Notes: generated from the letters alone by a model not told the origin. Positions 41,370 to 50,867 are shown, counted from the first letter of the stretch. The stretch: DNA of 64,000 nt from an uncultured virus (IMG/VR IMGVR_UViG_3300025150_000005) (IMGVR_UViG_3300025150_000005); one strand, 5' to 3'. A program made the numbers and translations.

Positions 41370-42278
41370 GTGAGCGACGACTACGAGATCTCGACGAAAG
41401 GCGCCGAACAGTTCAACGACGGATCGTCGCGGACTCTCGGGTGGGCCTGGGCCTTTGAGATCCTCACGCGGCGAAGCTGTCCCGCATCACTAAATCTCAT
41501 GGTCGAAGCGTACGGCACGCACGGCGCAGGCTCCACCGCCTTCGCTGCGGCAGTCGCGCGTTACCAACAGGCAACCAAGCTCGCGTACGACGGCAAGTTG
41601 GGCGCTGCGACTTGGCGTCAAATCATCCGTGCGACGAGCCCCGCTCAGGGTGTCCTCGTCGGAGGTTACCGTTTCCCGCTCTGCGATAAGTCTCTGTACG
41701 TGGACACCGAATCGCACCAGCTGCTCGACTTCTCGAAGAGTCGGGCACGCCTGGATCTGCTGGTGCTCCACTGGGGTGGGTTCGACGCGGACAGCTGTGT
41801 TGCAGCTCTCGCAAACCGCGACTTTTCAACGCATTTCGTCACGGACGGGTTCCTGAACAGGACTCGCGACTTCCGGGTGTACCAGACCGTGGACATCGCA
41901 CGGAGCGCCTACCACGTCGGGACGTACAATCAGCGATCAGTCGGAATCGACATCGGGCGGTCTCCGCTACTCACCTTTGCAGACCGTTACCCCGACACGA
42001 CAGCCGTCTCCAATCCGACATGTCGTGGTGAGCGCTGGGTGATGCCTTTGCCCCCAGCCTATGCCGAGGCTGTCTGGCGATTCGCCGAGCAGATCGCGAT
42101 CCTCTTGGACATCCCGGTTGGACCCTACCTGGGCGACAAGGTGGTGACTCAGGCGGACTTGCAAGATCATCGCGGGATCGTGGGGCATCACCACCTGTCG
42201 CCCACGAAGTGGGATGTCGCGCCTTGGAGTCGAGATCTGTGGCCTGAATTTCGTACAGTAGGTGGAGGGCCGCGCTGA
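41370..42278 (+). CDS. endolysin: PG-binding domain + N-acetylmuramoyl-L-alanine amidase (Amidase_2)
   Basis: YQ....LAYDGKLGAATW; LVLHW, STHF, AYHVG..N..SVGID, GIVGH...KWD. Confidence 0.85.
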   Translation: MSDDYEISTKGAEQFNDGSSRTLGWAWAFEILTRRSCPASLNLMVEAYGTHGAGSTAFAAAVARYQQATKLAYDGKLGAATWRQIIRATSPAQGVLVGGYRFPLCDKSLYVDTESHQLLDFSKSRARLDLLVLHWGGFDADSCVAALANRDFSTHFVTDGFLNRTRDFRVYQTVDIARSAYHVGTYNQRSVGIDIGRSPLLTFADRYPDTTAVSNPTCRGERWVMPLPPAYAEAVWRFAEQIAILLDIPVGPYLGDKVVTQADLQDHRGIVGHHHLSPTKWDVAPWSRDLWPEFRTVGGGPR

Positions 42279-42820
42279 TGCTCCCTGGAGATCGCGAACT
42301 TCTGAATCGGGTCAACGAGCGTTTACAGGAAGTGCTCGAAAAACTCCCACGTATGGAGGAGCGCGCGGTCTCGCACGACCGGACGCTCGATCGTCTCGAA
42401 CGGATGGTCGAGGCGAATGGCGGGCAGACATCACGCTTGATCGAGGCAATGTCGCAGGTCGTCGAGCGCATTGATGGGCACGATCGTGAGATCGATGCGC
42501 TTCGGAGGTTAGCGAGTCCCCCAGAGGAGATCCTCGCCCTTCCGCGGATCGTCACGAACCTCGCGCATGAGGATGCTGTCCTTGCCGCGGGTGTGGGTCG
42601 AGTCGAGGCGGTACAGCAGGATCAGGGAAAGCGCCTTCAGAAGCTCGACACCCGTGTCACTTACTGGGGAGGTGGCCTCGCCGTAATCATCGCCGTCACG
42701 ATGATCGTCATCAGCGCGGCCCGGTTCAGGATCGTGGGCGAAGTGCCGCCTGCGACGACCATTATCCTGAAGACCGACACCGCGGTGTCCGCGGAGCCTG
42801 TGGAGGACGTGAAGCCGTGA
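42278..42820 (+). CDS. coiled-coil + TM protein (holin/XhlA-like position)
   Basis: Coupled to the amidase stop codon; single TM near the C-terminus. Confidence 0.5.
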   Translation: MLPGDRELLNRVNERLQEVLEKLPRMEERAVSHDRTLDRLERMVEANGGQTSRLIEAMSQVVERIDGHDREIDALRRLASPPEEILALPRIVTNLAHEDAVLAAGVGRVEAVQQDQGKRLQKLDTRVTYWGGGLAVIIAVTMIVISAARFRIVGEVPPATTIILKTDTAVSAEPVEDVKP

Positions 42821-43737
42821 ACCTGTCCCAGGTCAACATGAAGCACGTCCTCGGCGCCGGTGTTGCGCTGTTCGGTCTCGGGCTCTTCGCGCTGCGGCAG
42901 ATGGGTGGCGCCAGTGGTGCGCCTGGGCCTCTGGATCTCACCAACTTCCCGCTCACGCCCGGCAAGAGCCCGTCGAAGCCCAGTTGGTGGGGCTTCCGCT
43001 GGAAAGAGCAAATCCCGCCGGGGTATCCCCGCACGGCACGAACGTCGGGTGATCTGGGCTCGGCACGCGTCGCAGTCGACGTGTACTCGCACACGCAGAA
43101 CCTGGGACCTGCCTTCGTCAAGACCATGCACAACTTGGCGCACGGCGAGAGCGGTGAGACGGTGGGTCTCCCGGCTCACATCTTCGATGCGCGTTGCGAG
43201 ACTGCGGGTCATGGTGTGGACGTGCGCAAGCGGTGCGTGTTCGAGACACCGGGGCGTCCCCCAGGCAAGTCGCTCATCACAGCGACAGGGACCTTCGGCT
43301 GGAACTCGCCCGCATGGCAGCTCCTCCAGCCCGGCAAGTTCACCTGGGAGGCGACACCCGCGGAAGAGGTCGGGTTGCCCATCCGGTACTACGCGAACCT
43401 CTGGCGACAGCTCAAGGGTGCAGGCGCTACCGATCGCGACGCCGCACGCGGGATCCGCCTGTGGCACAACGGTGTCGGATACTACCAGCCCTACTGGATC
43501 CAGGGTCAGCGAATTGGCTTCCCGCAGGCCTGGGCAACGGTCGTCGACCCGGTGCGGCAGTCGCGGATTGACACCCACCTGCGCAAGGACGGGTTGGCGG
43601 GCCTCGCAGGGCTCGTCGGGGTCCGTACGCTGGGGCTCGGGTACTTCCCAGCCGGTGGCGTGCCACCTGTCTCGGTCCAGGGCCTCGCGGCGAAGCGTGC
43701 TCGGCGGGCCGCGTCGATGATGCGGGCGGCTGCCTGA
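42817..43737 (+). CDS. membrane-anchored putative lytic transglycosylase-like protein
   Basis: N-terminal TM; helix-ES(G) then ATGTFGW...W, resembling lysozyme-like motifs. Confidence 0.45.
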   Translation: MNLSQVNMKHVLGAGVALFGLGLFALRQMGGASGAPGPLDLTNFPLTPGKSPSKPSWWGFRWKEQIPPGYPRTARTSGDLGSARVAVDVYSHTQNLGPAFVKTMHNLAHGESGETVGLPAHIFDARCETAGHGVDVRKRCVFETPGRPPGKSLITATGTFGWNSPAWQLLQPGKFTWEATPAEEVGLPIRYYANLWRQLKGAGATDRDAARGIRLWHNGVGYYQPYWIQGQRIGFPQAWATVVDPVRQSRIDTHLRKDGLAGLAGLVGVRTLGLGYFPAGGVPPVSVQGLAAKRARRAASMMRAAA

Positions 43738-44039
43738 TGGACCTCCGCAACTACCCGATGCCCCTCGACGCGGGGCCACCGTCAGGGTCCAGCGCTTGGG
43801 GGGTCGTGACGGGCCAGTCGGGGGCGCTACCCAAGGCCGCAGTCCACACGTTCAGTCGGGCGCTTCTGATCTACCTCGGCGCACGGTTGGCGCAGGTTCC
43901 GCACGGTCCTGCGTTTCGGTCGAGCTTGGGCGGCGCCATCGCCATTGAAGTCTTGCTCTTTGGCTGGGCCGAGGCCGCGCGGCGACGTGTTGTACGGGAT
44001 CTCGCGCAAGCGCCGCTGCCGCCGTCGCCACCGAGCTGA
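43737..44039 (+). CDS. small membrane protein
   Basis: Stop/start coupling; hydrophobic segments. Confidence 0.5.
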   Translation: MDLRNYPMPLDAGPPSGSSAWGVVTGQSGALPKAAVHTFSRALLIYLGARLAQVPHGPAFRSSLGGAIAIEVLLFGWAEAARRRVVRDLAQAPLPPSPPS

Positions 44040-44042
44040 GCT

Positions 44043-44705
44043 GTGGTCCCTGGCCTCCACGCAGTCGTTCCCGCCTACAACGAAGCACCGACTGTTGCAG
44101 GTGTGGTCCGCACGCTTCGCGACGCAGGGGTCTTCGCGACGATCACGGTTGTTGACGACGGTTCGCGCGATCAGACGAGCCACGTTGCGCGAGCCGCTGG
44201 GGCTCGTGTCCTCCGCAAGCCGAATGGCGGGAAAGGCGCCGCCATGCGAGATGGCGTTCGGTCTCTGCCGTGGGACTGGCGCGCCGTCGCGTTCTTCGAT
44301 TCGGACCTGACCACCCTTCGGCGCGATCACGTGCGTTCGATGGTTCAAGGCTCGCTCGACGGCTTTGACATGGTCTGCGGGATGCAGGACTACGGGCCCG
44401 GCTTGACTGCGGCGACGCTGACCCTCCCGTTGATCACAGGCCAACGCGTCCTCCGTCGACACGTCGTCGAGGGTGTCCACCCGACGTGTTGGTGCGGGTA
44501 CGCGATCGAGATGGCGCTCAACTATACTGTGCAGCGGCAGGGGGGTCGCACTCTCCTCCTCGTGCTCGACGGGCTCGACTACCGGAAGAAGCATGAGAAG
44601 GACGGTTGGTTGGCGGGCCTCGCAGGCTACGCTACCATGACCGCCGAGATCGCGCGAGCGACGCAACCACTTTGGACTGAGGGGAGGTGCGTGTGTACCC
44701 GCTAG
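44043..44705 (+). CDS. glycosyltransferase family 2
   Basis: VPAYNE, VVDDGSRDQT, NGGKGAA, FFDSD. Confidence 0.9.
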   Translation: MVPGLHAVVPAYNEAPTVAGVVRTLRDAGVFATITVVDDGSRDQTSHVARAAGARVLRKPNGGKGAAMRDGVRSLPWDWRAVAFFDSDLTTLRRDHVRSMVQGSLDGFDMVCGMQDYGPGLTAATLTLPLITGQRVLRRHVVEGVHPTCWCGYAIEMALNYTVQRQGGRTLLLVLDGLDYRKKHEKDGWLAGLAGYATMTAEIARATQPLWTEGRCVCTR

Positions 44706-44910
44706 CGACACGTCCAGTTTCAATGGCGGTTGCACACGCTGCGCCAGTGCAGGTCCCGCATGTGCGGTCGTTGCCGTTAGGGGCCGTCGTCCTGAGCACG
44801 ACCGGACCGCAGCGGACGGATCTCGTGGGCAGTGTTCTCCTGGGCAGTCTCACGGTCTTCTTCCTGGGCTACTGCGTTGGGCGCGCCGAGCGTACACGGG
44901 CGCAATCACG

Positions 44911-45189
44911 ATGAGCCACCACGCGCTGATCCAGGACGCCGAGGTCGAGTTTGGCCGTGCAGACGAATGGGCGCACGTGCTCGACGACGCGGCCTACTTC
45001 GATGACGACGTGCCCGAGTACGAGGGCTTCTGCGTGACGTGCGGGGACTCGGCGCCGTTGGGTGAGGGTGGATCTGACGTCAGCGACGGGTATTGTACGT
45101 GTTTGCAGTGTCACGCCGCGGATTCTGACGACGCCCAGGCGTGTGCTGTTGAGCGGCTGCGTCTCCTTGCAGGGGTGGTCGGCGCATGA
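44911..45189 (+). CDS. small acidic Cys protein
   Basis: CVTC...CLQC; overlap coupling. Confidence 0.45.
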   Translation: MSHHALIQDAEVEFGRADEWAHVLDDAAYFDDDVPEYEGFCVTCGDSAPLGEGGSDVSDGYCTCLQCHAADSDDAQACAVERLRLLAGVVGA

Positions 45190-45545
45190 TGTCAGCGCTA
45201 CGTCGCGGCCTCGATTGGGTTCGACGCCAGCCGTGGATCCTGTGGGTCTCGCTGGTCCCGGTCGTGTTGGTTCTGATCTACGGGACGAATCGCCTACTCG
45301 CGGTTGTGGGGATCGTGTTCGGCGGACTCTTTGGATACGCTCGCCGCCAGCGTCGGATCACCCCAACCAAGTCTGCAGTTCACGATCACGTCGCGGATGC
45401 GACCATCCCTTTCGAGCCAGATGCTGCACTCCACGACGCGGTGCAGGCTGGGGATCAAGCTGGCGCGGCCGCCGAGCAGCGTGCTCGCGATGATGTCGAC
45501 AAACCGAGTCGCTACCGACTGCGTGCTCCTTTGGACGAGGACTGA
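45186..45545 (+). CDS. membrane protein (2 TM)
   Basis: Two hydrophobic helices. Confidence 0.6.
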   Translation: MMSALRRGLDWVRRQPWILWVSLVPVVLVLIYGTNRLLAVVGIVFGGLFGYARRQRRITPTKSAVHDHVADATIPFEPDAALHDAVQAGDQAGAAAEQRARDDVDKPSRYRLRAPLDED

Positions 45546-45550
45546 CTGCT

Positions 45551-45991
45551 GTGCATCACCTCGTCATTCTCGTCGCGCTCTGGGGTCCCCCGGTGGGCTT
45601 CTGGCCCAACCCCAACGGGGTGTTGGCTGAGCTGCGTTGCCCCACATCGGGTGAGTACGACCGCGTCACCAAGGTGCCCTCGGGGTGTGTCGTCGAGCGA
45701 CCCTGTGCCTGCTACGACGTCGAGGAGCACGTCCGCACGGTCAGCGGCGTAGCGTCGCTGCGGGCCGAGCGCGATCAGTTGCGACTGGTCGTGCGAGACT
45801 GCGCCGCGAAGTCGCTGGATCAAGCTGGGAAAGTCGCGCTCGCAGACGCGGAAGCGACACGTCTCCAGGACCAGCTCGATCGCTTGGCCAATGTCCCGGA
45901 TCCGCCCAGTCGGCTGGTGTGGACTGCAGTCGGCGCTGGTGGTGCGTCGATCGTGATCGGTGCACTTCTTTTGGCGGTCGCGCTACAGTAG
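45551..45991 (+). CDS. signal peptide + coiled coil + C-terminal TM (spanin-like architecture)
   Basis: Architecture only. Confidence 0.5.
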   Translation: MHHLVILVALWGPPVGFWPNPNGVLAELRCPTSGEYDRVTKVPSGCVVERPCACYDVEEHVRTVSGVASLRAERDQLRLVVRDCAAKSLDQAGKVALADAEATRLQDQLDRLANVPDPPSRLVWTAVGAGGASIVIGALLLAVALQ

Positions 45992-46015
45992 ACTGGTTCG
46001 GATTGGAGGCTGCGC

Positions 46016-46630
46016 ATGTTCTTCTTGATGGGGCTCGACGGCATCTCCGACGTGATCGGGGATGTCCGTCAGCAGGTGGTCGCGGCCCAGGCGAAACCCG
46101 TCCCCGCTGGACTGAACCTCACGCGGGCGCAGAGCGGCAACACGACGTTGGCGGCGCGGCATGGTTGGCGTGCCAACACTGCGGCCTACCCAGCGGGCCC
46201 GTCGGACCGCAACCTCGCCATCGACGCCTACAACCTCCAGGCAGCACTCCGCGGGCAGCCGTGGGGGCCGACGAGCGTGGATGGGATGATCGGCCCGGAC
46301 ATGATGCGCGTGATCAACGAGATCAGGCGCCGTGGGGTGCATGTCCCCAACAACTCACTGGCCTACGACATCGTCGTCCCGACCTCGCAGTTCGCAGCAC
46401 TCTACTCGACACAAGGGCCCTCGGCGCACGTCGTCAACCCACAGCCTATCCTCGGATCGGCGAGGCAGACCCCCAGTGTCAACTCGACCCCTGTGATCCA
46501 GGCCGCGTCGGAGAAGACGACCTCGTCGTCGAAGGTGCTGCCCTACCTTGTGGTCGGTGGTGGGGTGATCCTGGCGGGGTTCGCCGCCTACATGCTCAGT
46601 CAGCAGAAGTCACAACAGATCGTAGCGTGA
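46016..46630 (+). CDS. C-terminally anchored protein with PG-binding-like domain (paralogue A)
   Basis: LQAAL...VDGMIGP; GGAGG SD. Confidence 0.65.
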   Translation: MFFLMGLDGISDVIGDVRQQVVAAQAKPVPAGLNLTRAQSGNTTLAARHGWRANTAAYPAGPSDRNLAIDAYNLQAALRGQPWGPTSVDGMIGPDMMRVINEIRRRGVHVPNNSLAYDIVVPTSQFAALYSTQGPSAHVVNPQPILGSARQTPSVNSTPVIQAASEKTTSSSKVLPYLVVGGGVILAGFAAYMLSQQKSQQIVA

Positions 46631-46664
46631 TCGGGTAAGCACGCCCGAGAGTTTGGAGAACCTC

Positions 46665-46997
46665 ATGCGGAACTATCACCTGCCCATCATGCAGAGCGTG
46701 CCCATGCAGAACTACGGTGGGAGCCCGTACGGCCCGCGACCCGTCCTGACGAATCGTGTGCCGGCGTACCCCCAGGCGGCGCCCGCTGGGGTGGGCTCGC
46801 CCAGCTGGGTGGCGAACTCGCTGGCGCGGCTCAAGCAGATTCCCGCCGTCCAGGCACAGCTGCAGCAGCCCAAGCCCTTCCCGTGGGCGCTGGCCGGGGG
46901 TGGGATCCTCCTGGTCGGTGTCGGGTTCTACGCGTTCTTCTCGCGGCAGCGTGCGCAGCAGCAGACACGCGCCGCGCAGGCGTCGCGCGCAGCCTGA
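46665..46997 (+). CDS. small TM protein
   Basis: GGAG SD; TM WALAGGGILLVGVGFYAFF. Confidence 0.6.
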   Translation: MRNYHLPIMQSVPMQNYGGSPYGPRPVLTNRVPAYPQAAPAGVGSPSWVANSLARLKQIPAVQAQLQQPKPFPWALAGGGILLVGVGFYAFFSRQRAQQQTRAAQASRAA

Positions 46998-47011
46998 TCG
47001 GAGCCTTGACT

Positions 47012-47887
47012 ATGTACGTTTACTCCAGCTTCGGCGCAGTTGCTGCACAGGGCTTCGTCGGGCTCAACCCGTGTTTCCCTGGCGACATCGAGCGCGTCCT
47101 GCAGTTCAGGCGCTTCGTGCGCGATCCGGGTAGCGGCGAGACCTTCGGTGTCGTCGAGGTGGAGTGCGCCGGTGGGACTCGCCGCGAGGCGCGCGTGACG
47201 CAGGACTGGCTCGCTGCTCACCCGAGCGTCCCAGGTGCACCAGATCCCCCCGCGCTGAGCCTCGTGGGGCAGCGTGACGCGACGTTGACCTCGGCGAACC
47301 TGAGCGCTGAGCAGGCAGCAGGTCGTGCAGGGTTGCCAGCGACGGTGACCAACCCCGCAGTGGGGTTCGATCTCGCGCGGGCGCAGGGTGCGAACGTCAC
47401 GACCGCCATGCGCTACGGTTGGACGCCAAACCCGCACAAGTACCCAGGCGGCCCATCGAATCGGCAGCTGGCAATCGACGCCTACAACTTCCAGCGTGCG
47501 TCGAAGGCGTACGGCTGGGGTGCACAGTCCGTCGATGGGATCATCGGCCCCGACACGATCCGCGTGATCAGCGAGGCGCGGGCGCGCAACGCGGCTCTGT
47601 CGCCTCCGGTGCACCTCAACATCGGGTTGGCGGTCGCATCTCAGCCTGCGCGGCCGAGCGCAACGCCAGCTCCGATTCGTGTGATGCCGTCACCCGTGCG
47701 GACGGGCGTGCCTGTGCGGACGGGCGTGCCTGCGCGGACGGGCGTGCCTGTGCGGACGGGCGTGCCTGCGCGGACGGGCGTGCCTGCGCCGGTCGCGAAG
47801 ACGACGATCACGGCGCCAGTGGTCCTCGGTGGCATCGCTGTCCTCGGGACACTGGCCTGGGCGATCCGGCAACGCCTCTTCGCTTGA
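47012..47887 (+). CDS. C-terminally anchored protein with PG-binding-like domain (paralogue B)
   Basis: FQRA...VDGIIGPDT; start ATG 47012. Confidence 0.65.
   Translation: MYVYSSFGAVAAQGFVGLNPCFPGDIERVLQFRRFVRDPGSGETFGVVEVECAGGTRREARVTQDWLAAHPSVPGAPDPPALSLVGQRDATLTSANLSAEQAAGRAGLPATVTNPAVGFDLARAQGANVTTAMRYGWTPNPHKYPGGPSNRQLAIDAYNFQRASKAYGWGAQSVDGIIGPDTIRVISEARARNAALSPPVHLNIGLAVASQPARPSATPAPIRVMPSPVRTGVPVRTGVPARTGVPVRTGVPARTGVPAPVAKTTITAPVVLGGIAVLGTLAWAIRQRLFA
47693..47790. repeat. 18-bp tandem repeat x5 encoding P(V/A)RTGV
   Basis: Unit cctgYgcggacgggcgtg. Confidence 0.9.
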
Positions 47888-47912
47888 TCTACGTTTGTAG
47901 GTGGGCTATCGT
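47884..47912 (+). promoter_or_regulatory. sigma70-like promoter overlapping the CTACGTTTGTAG palindrome
   Basis: TTGATC-N17-TATCGT. Confidence 0.45.
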
Positions 47913-47957
47913 CTGGTGACCAGTAGGGTTCCAGGCGAGAGGCACCTTGACCGAACA

Positions 47958-48315
47958 GATCACGTCAACCTTCGCGAAACACTCAGCTGATTCAGGCGAC
48001 GGGTCCCAGGATCCAGCGCCTCGCGCAACTTTTACAGGGTCCCCAGGATCCACTGCTCCCGCAAGTGCCCGAGTTTACAGGGGGGATCCGGGTCCCGGGA
48101 TCCACCCTGCACGAGATGTCCGGGGGAGGATGGTACCTGGGATCCGCCCGGGGCGGTACTTGGGATCCGTTCTGGGGCGCAAGTCCCTGAGATCCTCGGA
48201 TCCCGCCCCGGTACCTGGGATCCAGGCACGCACCTTGCCCCTATACCCCCCGAGAGATCGGGGTCTGCCCAAATTCAGGGATCGCCATTTCTGGCGCCCC
48301 GGCACGATCCGATCC
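47958..48315. other. GATC/GGATCC-dense non-coding tract (origin- or terminus-like)
   Basis: 14 GATC in about 357 bp, 8 of them GGATCC; recurring GGTACCTGGGATCC, CCCAGGATCCA and TTTACAGGG. Confidence 0.7.
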
Positions 48316-48501
48316 ATGCGTGCGCCCCCAAGGCTACCGCGCTTTTTCCCACTAGAAGTTCAGTCGTTTGCGAGGCGGGGCCGCGTTGCGTGGTCCGGTC
48401 GTGCCTTTGTACCGCGTCAGCGTAGACGCGTTCGGGCTGAGGCTTGGGCGCGTGTACGGTCGCACGGTGCGACCACATACCCGAGTTGATAGGAGTTCAA
48501 G

Positions 48502-48840
48502 ATGACGCGCGTGGAACTGGTGGAGCTGGCCTAGGTGATCGTGTTCGGTTGGGCCCCTGGGGCGCAGCGGGTGACGGTACAGCCGCTGCGCATGGAGAGC
48601 CACCACAAGGAGCCGATGTTCTACATCACCCTCAGCGACGACGGGGTTGAGGTGTAGAGCGCGGTCGTCGCGCAGGGTGCATGGTGGGCCGCACTGCAGG
48701 AGGCGCTGGGTGCCGCGGAGCGCGGAGCAGACCGCGACGCGACGCAGGATCGTCTCGATGAGGCGCGCGTGGAGGAAGCGCGCGCTGCAGCGCTGCAGGC
48801 GGAGGCTCTGCTGGAGATGTACGAGGCCGACCGCACCTGA
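48502..48840 (+). pseudogene. reading frame interrupted by two in-frame TAG codons
   Basis: ATG 48502 (AGGAG SD), TAG 48532, in-frame ATG 48616 (AAGGAG SD), TAG 48655, TGA ending 48840. Confidence 0.45.
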
Positions 48841-48939
48841 CAGCGTACCTCACGAGCACAGAACCACCGAGCCCTCCGCGGGGTTCGGTGGTTCGATGGT
48901 CGTACGGTGCGACTACATCTGACAGAGGAGGCACAGCGG

Positions 48940-49491
48940 ATGAACCCGACTGTGATCAAGACGATCGTCGCCGCGCAACAGCGCGGCGAGATCGCGTGCG
49001 TCATGGACGCGCGCGGGGACTTCAACCTCGACCACGCCCGCACTGCTGGTGTCGACATGTCTCGGCTGCTCTTCAGCCGGCCCGACCACGTCGAGCAGGC
49101 AAACGAGATCATCACGTCGCTGGTTCGCAGCGGCGCGATCGACATTATCGTCACCGACGGTTTCATTGTCGAGGACGATGTGACGCGGCGCACGGCTGCG
49201 TGCAACGGCACGCGGCTCCTCGGCCTGCCGCTCACGCGGCCGACCTTCAACCTGTACTCCCAGGCGCCCGGTCGCAACGCGGCGCTGTACGTGCTGGCAA
49301 AGAACGCCAGTGCGCACAACTGTGTCGAGTGGATCACGGCGCACGCCCGGTACGGCGAGGGCCTGCGGCTCTTCCGTGCCTTCCAGTGGTCACCGTCCGG
49401 CGAGCGGTTCGTGTGCGCCTGGATCGTCGAGGGTGGCGCGGGTCGCGTGACGACGTGGCTCGACGTGAGCATCCCGCGGGAGTTCGCGTGA
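48940..49491 (+). CDS. RecA-fragment fusion protein
   Basis: AAQQRGEIACVMDA...ARTAGVDMSRLLFSRPDHVEQANEIITSLVRSGAIDIIVTD matches the RecA core between the Walker motifs; no P-loop. Confidence 0.75.
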   Translation: MNPTVIKTIVAAQQRGEIACVMDARGDFNLDHARTAGVDMSRLLFSRPDHVEQANEIITSLVRSGAIDIIVTDGFIVEDDVTRRTAACNGTRLLGLPLTRPTFNLYSQAPGRNAALYVLAKNASAHNCVEWITAHARYGEGLRLFRAFQWSPSGERFVCAWIVEGGAGRVTTWLDVSIPREFA

Positions 49492-49712
49492 TGGCCGCCA
49501 GCATTGCGGAGATCGTGGCCTATCGCAGCCCAGTCGAGCACTGGCACGTTGCCCTGCGCGACCACCAGGGCCGCGCAAGTGCCATTCCCGGCCGCTTCGA
49601 CTCGGCTGAGGGCGCCTTCGTGGCGCGTGCCGCGGCACAGCAGAACGCCAACGCGCTGGGCCTGAAGCGGGCCTACTGCGTGGTGTCCTGCACTGGCACC
49701 CACACCCTGTGA
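49491..49712 (+). CDS. hypothetical protein
   Basis: TGATG coupling; stop codon supplied by the repeat. Confidence 0.55.
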   Translation: MAASIAEIVAYRSPVEHWHVALRDHQGRASAIPGRFDSAEGAFVARAAAQQNANALGLKRAYCVVSCTGTHTL

Positions 49713-49790
49713 GCACAGCAGGGCCGACGCGCGGAGCGTCGGCCCTGCGATGGTCGCATGGTGCGATCCAATGAGAGACAGCGGAGGCAG

Positions 49791-50147
49791 ATGAGGATGG
49801 TCCAGTACACCACCCCAGCCGTGGCGCGCGCGATCCGCGCGTACTTCGCGCGATTCAATGGTGATCCGGTGCTCGTGAATGCGATGATCGACGCGGGCCC
49901 GAAGGAGGTCACCGCCGGTGGGACGCTCTTCTTCCCTCTGCCGCAGGCGCTTCGGCGCCCGTTCTCCGACGCCGATCCGGCGACGGGGCTGGGCCCGTGC
50001 GCGTGCCGCTACTGCTCGCCGGTGGCGCACGTGTCGCAGCCCAACGGATGCTGGGATACATGCGCAGCGTCGTCGGATGGCGAGTCCGTCTGGCAGCCCC
50101 ACCACCCGGCCTTGAACGGGGCTCTCCCGAAGCGAGCGAAGGACTGA
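49791..50147 (+). CDS. hypothetical Cys-containing protein
   Basis: GGAGG SD just after the repeat; CACRYC. Confidence 0.6.
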   Translation: MRMVQYTTPAVARAIRAYFARFNGDPVLVNAMIDAGPKEVTAGGTLFFPLPQALRRPFSDADPATGLGPCACRYCSPVAHVSQPNGCWDTCAASSDGESVWQPHHPALNGALPKRAKD

Positions 50148-50241
50148 TCCCTACCCTGTGAGCACAGCAGGGCCGACGCTCCGCGTGTCGGCCCTGCGAT
50201 GGTCGCATGGTGCGGCTGATGGCAGACACGACGGAGGAAGC

Positions 50242-50778
50242 ATGAACGCGGCGACGAAGCCGGAGAAGACGCCCCTGGACATCATCACGGACCGCATGTA
50301 CAGCCACGTGCACGTGGCGCCCGAGCGTTGGCACGGGCGCCTGCACTTCAACGAGTGGGGCGCCTCGCGCCTCGTGGCCACCTACGGGTGGATCGCGGGC
50401 GTCGCGACGACGAACCCCGACTTCGCGGAGCGCCTCGCGGATGACCTGTTCGCACGCCTGGACTTCCTGGCCAACTACGCTGGGACGTGTGAGCGGGACG
50501 GCGTGACGTTGCCGCGTTGCCGCGTCGTCCTGGGCGACGACGGCACCCTCGGCGGGTTCACGGTGGCGTGGCACCGTCTCGTGGCTCCCGAGGAGGCGGT
50601 TGAGACGCGCGCTGACCTGACCGTCGAGCGCTGCGTGCACGACGGCGGGCACACCCGACTCGTGCAGGGGAAGTACAGGTTCTCGGTGAACGGCGCGATG
50701 CTCTACCGCGGCCCCGGTGCGGGGGAGACGTTCAGCGTCTCGACCTCGCGGGATTGTCTCTGGGACATCAACTCCTGA
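50242..50778 (+). CDS. hypothetical phage-type protein
   Basis: GGAGG SD after the repeat; C-terminal NGAMLYRGP...TFSVS...W.INS. Confidence 0.65.
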   Translation: MNAATKPEKTPLDIITDRMYSHVHVAPERWHGRLHFNEWGASRLVATYGWIAGVATTNPDFAERLADDLFARLDFLANYAGTCERDGVTLPRCRVVLGDDGTLGGFTVAWHRLVAPEEAVETRADLTVERCVHDGGHTRLVQGKYRFSVNGAMLYRGPGAGETFSVSTSRDCLWDINS

Positions 50779-50785
50779 GAAGCTC

Positions 50786-50867
50786 GGGGGCGTCCGCGCA
50801 GCAGCGCGGGCGCCCCTCAAGCTCCCCGAGTCGTCTACTCGGGGTGCTTGAGGGGCGGTGGTCGCCC
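50786..50867 (+). promoter_or_regulatory. double overlapping-hairpin element (variant 1)
   Basis: 13-bp stem overlapping a 20-bp stem, followed by GGTGGTCGC. Confidence 0.7.

Noticed and set aside
47947..48489. 180-aa ORF over the GATC tract
   Set aside because: Low-complexity Pro/Gly/Arg translation of a repeat-rich tract with atypical codon usage.
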